From an uncultured Bacilli bacterium (GTDB taxonomy: Bacteria > Bacillota_I > Bacilli_A > RF39 > UBA660), in contig CAOLUI010000005.1 in NCBI GenBank assembly GCA_948479395.1, positions 1 to 51,011 of the forward strand: a DNA stretch of 51,011 nucleotides, written 5' to 3'. The notes under the pieces were generated by a model. That model worked only from the letters and a program-made list of their open reading frames with translations, did no database searches and had not been told where the DNA came from. The translations under genes were made by a program, and so were the position numbers. The stretch's first letter is position 1, and each line of letters begins with the position of its first letter. Of the stretch, positions 46,060 to 51,011 are shown piece after piece.

Positions 46060-48055
46060 AAATTACATATCTTTATTAATTCCTTTATTTATAATTGAAA
46101 TATTATTTAAAATATTATTAGAAATGCCAATTATAGAATGGTCAACTTTAAGAATCTTTATTAGTTGTAATATATTAGCTTTATTTATTAGTCTTATTAC
46201 ACTTTTCTTAAAAGAAAAAAGTAATAAAATAATTAGTAGTCTTATTTTATTAATAGCTAGCATTTATGCTATTATGCAAGCAGGATTTGAAAATTATATT
46301 GGTGTTTATGTTTCTCTTGGAACAAGTAGTCAATTAGGAGCTGTAAAAGAATATATAAAAGATTACTTTGATTCATTTAATCCCTTATTTTATACTTTAG
46401 CTATTCCTTTTATCTTATTCATAATATATAAATTAATCTTCGAAAGAAAAATATTTAAAAAGTATTATAAAGAATATGGAAATAAATTTGAAAAATTAAC
46501 TAATTTAAAAAGTGCTAAATTAGCTTTAATTATTATTACTTTGTTATGCGGTATTTATTATGGAACTTTACGGTTAAAATTTATGCAAAATGAACTTCAA
46601 TTAGAAAGTACTTATTCTTTATTTAAAAATCCTAATAATCCCAATATTAGTGTGAACCAATTTGGTATTTCTTTTTTTGGCATTTTAGATGTTAAAACTA
46701 CTTTAATAAAACCTAATACAGAAGAAATTATAGACTTTGCCAAAGATCATAACAAAACCGAAAATACAGATTATTCAAGAACTATTGATGATACTAATTG
46801 GCTTGATTTAGATAATGAAACAACTAATAATAATTATAAAACTTTAAACAGTTATTTTATGAATCGTACTATAACCGATAAAAATGAATATACTGGGGTA
46901 TTTGAAGGTAAAAATTTAATTGTAATTATGTTAGAATCAGTTAATGAAATTTTTATAAATCCTGAATATTATCCAACATTTTATAAATTATATACTAATG
47001 GTTGGAGTTTTGAAAACTCTTATTCGCCTAGAAATTCTTGTTCAACAGGGAATAATGAAATGAGTGGGATGATAAGTTTATTTAGTATTTATAGGACTTG
47101 TACAGCTAATAATTATAAAAATAATCAATATGATGAAAGTATTTTCAATTTATTTAATCGAGCTGGCTATCAAACGTCTTCTTATCATAATTATACAGAA
47201 AAGTACTATTATCGTTCAACAATCCATCAAAATATGGGGAGTGGCAAGTATTATGGCGTCGAAGATTTAGAAATTCCTTATAATGAAGAATATAAAGAAT
47301 GGCCTAGCGATATCTTGCTTATGGAAGAAGCGATGAAAAGAATTGATACTACTAATCCTTTTATGGCTTGGATTACCACTGTTACAAGTCACCAACCTTA
47401 TTATTTAGCTAGTGAAATGGGCGAAAAACATTTAAATTTATTTGATAATACCAATTATCCTACAACTTTAAAACGTTATATGTCAAAATTAAAAGAATTA
47501 GATTTAGCTTTAGAAAGACTTTTAGAACTTTTAGAAGAACAAAACGTTTTAGATGATACTGTATTAGTTTTTTTTGGCGATCATTATCCTTATGGTTTAA
47601 ATACTAATGATATTAATATGGCCTTACCATATGATGTCAATGAAAAAAATAATGTTGATAAAACTCCTTTTGTTATATATAATAGCAAAATAGAAAAGCG
47701 AAAATTTAGCCAATATACTTCTTATATGAATATTCTTCCCACCCTTGCCAACTTATTTAATCTAGAATATGATCCAAGAGTCTATATTGGAGAAGATATT
47801 TTATCTCCAAACTATATAAATTCTTACAAAAATCGTGTAATACTAGCGGATGGTTCATGGGAAGATAAAAATGCCACTTATGATGCTACAACAGGAAAAA
47901 TTACATATTATACTGATAAAAATTATAGTAATGAAGAAATAATTTCATATAATCAAGAAATAAATAATATGATTAAGATGAGTAACTTAGCCATTAAAAC
48001 CAATTATTTTAAATATTTAAAAGAAGGTCTTAATAAAAATAATATTGAAAATTAG
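46028..48055 (+). CDS. LTA synthase family protein (membrane-anchored sulfatase-fold phosphoglycerol transferase)
   Basis: Five N-terminal TMs, then 'LIVIMLESV', 'CSTGNNEMSGM', 'TVTSHQPY' and 'FGDHYPYG'. Confidence 0.75.
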   Translation: MKKLRKNKLFKNYISLLIPLFIIEILFKILLEMPIIEWSTLRIFISCNILALFISLITLFLKEKSNKIISSLILLIASIYAIMQAGFENYIGVYVSLGTSSQLGAVKEYIKDYFDSFNPLFYTLAIPFILFIIYKLIFERKIFKKYYKEYGNKFEKLTNLKSAKLALIIITLLCGIYYGTLRLKFMQNELQLESTYSLFKNPNNPNISVNQFGISFFGILDVKTTLIKPNTEEIIDFAKDHNKTENTDYSRTIDDTNWLDLDNETTNNNYKTLNSYFMNRTITDKNEYTGVFEGKNLIVIMLESVNEIFINPEYYPTFYKLYTNGWSFENSYSPRNSCSTGNNEMSGMISLFSIYRTCTANNYKNNQYDESIFNLFNRAGYQTSSYHNYTEKYYYRSTIHQNMGSGKYYGVEDLEIPYNEEYKEWPSDILLMEEAMKRIDTTNPFMAWITTVTSHQPYYLASEMGEKHLNLFDNTNYPTTLKRYMSKLKELDLALERLLELLEEQNVLDDTVLVFFGDHYPYGLNTNDINMALPYDVNEKNNVDKTPFVIYNSKIEKRKFSQYTSYMNILPTLANLFNLEYDPRVYIGEDILSPNYINSYKNRVILADGSWEDKNATYDATTGKITYYTDKNYSNEEIISYNQEINNMIKMSNLAIKTNYFKYLKEGLNKNNIEN

Positions 48056-48066
48056 AAAGGGTAAAA

Positions 48067-50088
48067 ATGAAAAAATTAGTAATAGTAGAATCACCATCCA
48101 AAAGTAAAACAATTGAAAAATATTTAGGAAATGATTATAAAGTAGTCTCAAGTAAAGGTCATATAAGAGACTTGGCAACTACAGGTAAATTTGGTTTAGG
48201 AGTAGATGTCGAAAATGATTTTGCTCCTAATTATGTTCCTATAAAAGGAAAATCCAAAGATATAAACGCTTTAAAAAAAGATGTGAAAAATAGTGATTTT
48301 GTTTATCTTGCAACTGACCCCGATCGAGAAGGAGAAGCAATATCATGGCATTTAAAAGATACTTTGGATATTAATGATAATTATAGTCGAGTAGTTTTTA
48401 ATGAAATTACCAAAGATGTTGTATTAGATGCTATCAATAATCCTCGAAAAATAGATGATAATTTAGTCAAAAGTCAGGAAACAAGAAGAATTCTGGATCG
48501 GATTATTGGTTTTCGTTTAAGTAAACTTATGCAATCTAAAACTGGGGGAAAAAGTGCAGGTAGAGTTCAAAGTGTGGCTTTGAAATTAATTGTTGACCGG
48601 GAACGTGAAATAGAAAGTTTTATTCCTGTCGAATATTGGACAATTACTGCTGATTTTAAAGATTTTGTTGCTAATTTAGAAAAATATCATGGAAAAAAAA
48701 TAGAAATATCTTCCGAGGTTGAAGCAAATGAAATTCTTAATAAATTAAGTAATGCTTTTAAAATTGATTCCGTTAATAATACGGATAGCGAACATAAAGC
48801 TAAACCGGTCTTTAAAACTTCAACAATGCAACGAATGGCCGCTAATAAAATCAATTTTGCACCTTCAAAAACCATGCGTATTGCACAAAAGCTTTATGAA
48901 GGAATTGATATTGGAAGTGAAACTGTAGGTCTTATAACCTATATGAGAACTGATTCTGAAAGAGTTTCAAATACTTTTGTGGCTGAAACATATGAGTATA
49001 TCAAAAAAAAATATGGATCTGAATACATCGGTAGTGTTAAAGTTGGAAAAAAAGATAAAAATATGCAAGATGCCCATGAAGGTATTAGACCCACTAGCAT
49101 TAAAAGAACTCCAGAAAGTCTAAAAAAATACTTAAGTGCCGATGAATATAAACTTTATAATTTAATTTATATTCGTGCATTAGCTTCTTTAATGGCTAAT
49201 GCTAAATTAATATTAACTAGTGTTTTATTAGAAAATAATGGCTATTTATTTAAAGCAAATGGAAGTGTTTTAAAATTTGATGGTTATTTAAAAATTTATC
49301 ATGAATTTGAAGATCAAAAAGATACAATCTTACCAGATTTTGCTAATTATAAAAGTAATACCATTATTGCTAATGATATTTTAAAAGAACAACATTTTAC
49401 TAAACCTCTTCCGAGATATAGAGAAGATAGTTTAATAAAAGAAATGGAAAGTTTAGGCATTGGAAGACCAAGTACATACGCTACTATTATATCAACGATT
49501 AAAGACCGTGGTTATGTAACTTTAGAAGATAAAAAATTAATTCCTACTTCAATTGGGATTGAAACAACCGATAAACTCCAAGAATTTTTCAGTAATATTG
49601 TTAATGTTGAGTATACTAGTGCTATGGAAACTGATTTAGATAAAATAGCTGAAGATAAGCAAGATAATATTAAAGTATTAAAAGAATTTTATAATAAATT
49701 TGAGCCTTGTGTTGAAGAAGCATTCACTAAAATGGAAAAAAAAGAAGCTGAAAAAACTGGAGAAATTTGTCCAGAGTGTGGAAATGATTTAGTAATTCGT
49801 CGAGGAAGATATGGAGAATTTGTTGCTTGTTCTAATTATCCTGAATGTAAATATATAAAAAAAGAGGAGCAAGAACATAAAGAAATAATTAATTGCCCTA
49901 ATTGTGAAGGAAAAATTATAGAGAAAAAAACCCGCAAAGGCAAAATTTTTTACGGTTGTTCTAATTATCCTAAATGTAAAACAGCTCTTTGGTATAAACC
50001 AACAGGAGAGTTATGTCCTGAATGTAAAAATATGTTAATTGAAAAAAAGGATAAAATAGTTTGTTCTAATTGTGAATACGAAAAATAA
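48067..50088 (+). CDS. topA: DNA topoisomerase I
   Basis: Toprim 'LVIVESPSKSKTI' and 'ATDPDREGEAISWH', active-site 'GLITYMRTDS', and three C-terminal CxxC...CxxC zinc ribbons. Confidence 0.92.
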   Translation: MKKLVIVESPSKSKTIEKYLGNDYKVVSSKGHIRDLATTGKFGLGVDVENDFAPNYVPIKGKSKDINALKKDVKNSDFVYLATDPDREGEAISWHLKDTLDINDNYSRVVFNEITKDVVLDAINNPRKIDDNLVKSQETRRILDRIIGFRLSKLMQSKTGGKSAGRVQSVALKLIVDREREIESFIPVEYWTITADFKDFVANLEKYHGKKIEISSEVEANEILNKLSNAFKIDSVNNTDSEHKAKPVFKTSTMQRMAANKINFAPSKTMRIAQKLYEGIDIGSETVGLITYMRTDSERVSNTFVAETYEYIKKKYGSEYIGSVKVGKKDKNMQDAHEGIRPTSIKRTPESLKKYLSADEYKLYNLIYIRALASLMANAKLILTSVLLENNGYLFKANGSVLKFDGYLKIYHEFEDQKDTILPDFANYKSNTIIANDILKEQHFTKPLPRYREDSLIKEMESLGIGRPSTYATIISTIKDRGYVTLEDKKLIPTSIGIETTDKLQEFFSNIVNVEYTSAMETDLDKIAEDKQDNIKVLKEFYNKFEPCVEEAFTKMEKKEAEKTGEICPECGNDLVIRRGRYGEFVACSNYPECKYIKKEEQEHKEIINCPNCEGKIIEKKTRKGKIFYGCSNYPKCKTALWYKPTGELCPECKNMLIEKKDKIVCSNCEYEK

Positions 50089-50110
50089 AAAATAAAAGGA
50101 GCATTTTAAA

Positions 50111-50878
50111 ATGAAAAATTTAAAAAATTCTTTAATGAAAATAAGAAAAAAAGCATTGATGTTAGGAGTAGCTACAAGTTTAGCCGTTTCTTCTAGCGCT
50201 TGTTCCAAAAATGAGGAAGAAAAAATAGGATTTCAAATTGAAAATGAAATTAATAATTTAGACAATAATGGTTTATATGAATATTTAGTTGATTATTCGG
50301 GATTAGAAAGCCAAAATTATGACTTTTCAGATAATTTTAATAGTAAAAGTTTTGCTAAAGTTGATAGTGAAGAAATTCATGGCACTAGTTTTTGGAATGA
50401 AAAATCCTCTGCCTATTATCGTCAAAATTTAGTTCTAATATGGCCTGATTGTTACAGTTTATATGATATTACTCCTTGGCTTAGAGAATCTAACTTTGAC
50501 CTAGATTTAAAATATGAACAACTTAAGTTATTAAATGGTCCTAAGTTTTTAGTAATTTATTCTTCTATTACTGCCAAAAGAAAACTAAACTTAATAGGAA
50601 AAGATATTTTAAATAGCGATAAATTAGAATTTTTAAGTGGTGACAATATATCAAGTACTGCTATTTATTATGAAGGAGAATTAGTTGCCTTTAAACAAAC
50701 TGGTGTTGGTAGTGATTGTGAAAATGTTCAAAAAGCCATCGTTGGGGATGTTGATATAGCACTTAATAAAATTTCACAATTAGGTTTACTAAAAAAATCT
50801 GAAAAAATAAGTTTAGACGATTTATTAGTTTATCAAGAAGAATTAAATCAGGAAAATAAATTACAAAGAAAAAAATAA
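50111..50878 (+). CDS. Lipoprotein, function unknown
   Basis: Signal peptide with lipobox 'LAVSSSAC'. 255 aa. Confidence 0.6.
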   Translation: MKNLKNSLMKIRKKALMLGVATSLAVSSSACSKNEEEKIGFQIENEINNLDNNGLYEYLVDYSGLESQNYDFSDNFNSKSFAKVDSEEIHGTSFWNEKSSAYYRQNLVLIWPDCYSLYDITPWLRESNFDLDLKYEQLKLLNGPKFLVIYSSITAKRKLNLIGKDILNSDKLEFLSGDNISSTAIYYEGELVAFKQTGVGSDCENVQKAIVGDVDIALNKISQLGLLKKSEKISLDDLLVYQEELNQENKLQRKK

Positions 50879-50890
50879 AAGTGCTTTAAG

Positions 50891-50922
50891 ACTATTACAG
50901 ATATTTTTAGTAATAGTTTTTT
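50891..50922 (+). terminator. Rho-independent terminator
   Basis: ACTATTAC (50891-50898) / GTAATAGT (50910-50917) followed by a T-run. Confidence 0.6.
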
Positions 50923-50977
50923 ATTGTTTAAAAAAATAAAAATGATATAATGTGATTAAGATAGGAGCTAAAAATAA

Positions 50978-51011
50978 ATGAATAAAAAAAGAATAATAAT
51001 GCTAAGTGTGA
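50978..51011 (+). CDS. 5' end of an ORF running off the window (MNKKRIIMLSV...)
   Basis: ATG lies about 9 nt after AGGAG. The signal-like start is too short to classify. Confidence 0.3.
   Translation, partial: MNKKRIIMLSV

Overview
Very AT-rich chromosome segment that uses the standard genetic code (Trp is TGG, TGA acts as a stop). It looks like a low-GC Bacillota. Cell-wall genes are present (SEDS, NodB deacetylase, LtaS), so it is not a wall-less Mollicute. Housekeeping blocks are yqeG-yqeH-mutL, yidD, rnc-smc, def, a SEDS gene, comEA-comEC-holA, rplS-lepB, rbgA, rnhB, an LtaS-family gene and topA. Four accessory regions interrupt them. (1) A Type III R-M pair (mod/res, 1049-5651) sits between two paralogous surface-protein genes. 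Mod reads D-V-L-Y where the catalytic DPPY belongs, and the downstream paralogue is frameshifted at a G6 tract. (2) A decayed locus at 10.5-15.4 kb holds a HopA1-like pseudogene and an ABC exporter gene. The exporter gene is split by a 2.2-kb element with 17/20 terminal inverted repeats and flanking poly-G runs. That element has no transposase and carries an intact paralogous ABC exporter. (3) A tRNA-bracketed island (17.1-24.0 kb) contains a frameshifted DUF2000 gene, a small hydrophobic peptide ORF, a shortened RhuM-like gene and a 1,515-aa repeat-rich protein ending in a Pol-beta (CCA/PAP-like) nucleotidyltransferase domain. (4) About 5.9 kb is inserted between lepB and rbgA. It carries a tight NTase(PF06042-like)-Nudix-unknown-CYTH-like operon, then GNAT, P-loop, KilA-N, DUF6870-like and chimeric ASCH-remnant genes. 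Several genes carry frameshifts or in-frame stops, mostly at homopolymers. From the sequence alone these cannot be separated into real decay, phase variation or sequencing error. I saw no CRISPR array, rRNA, transposase or integrase. All family assignments come from motif recognition by eye and memory. No searches were run.
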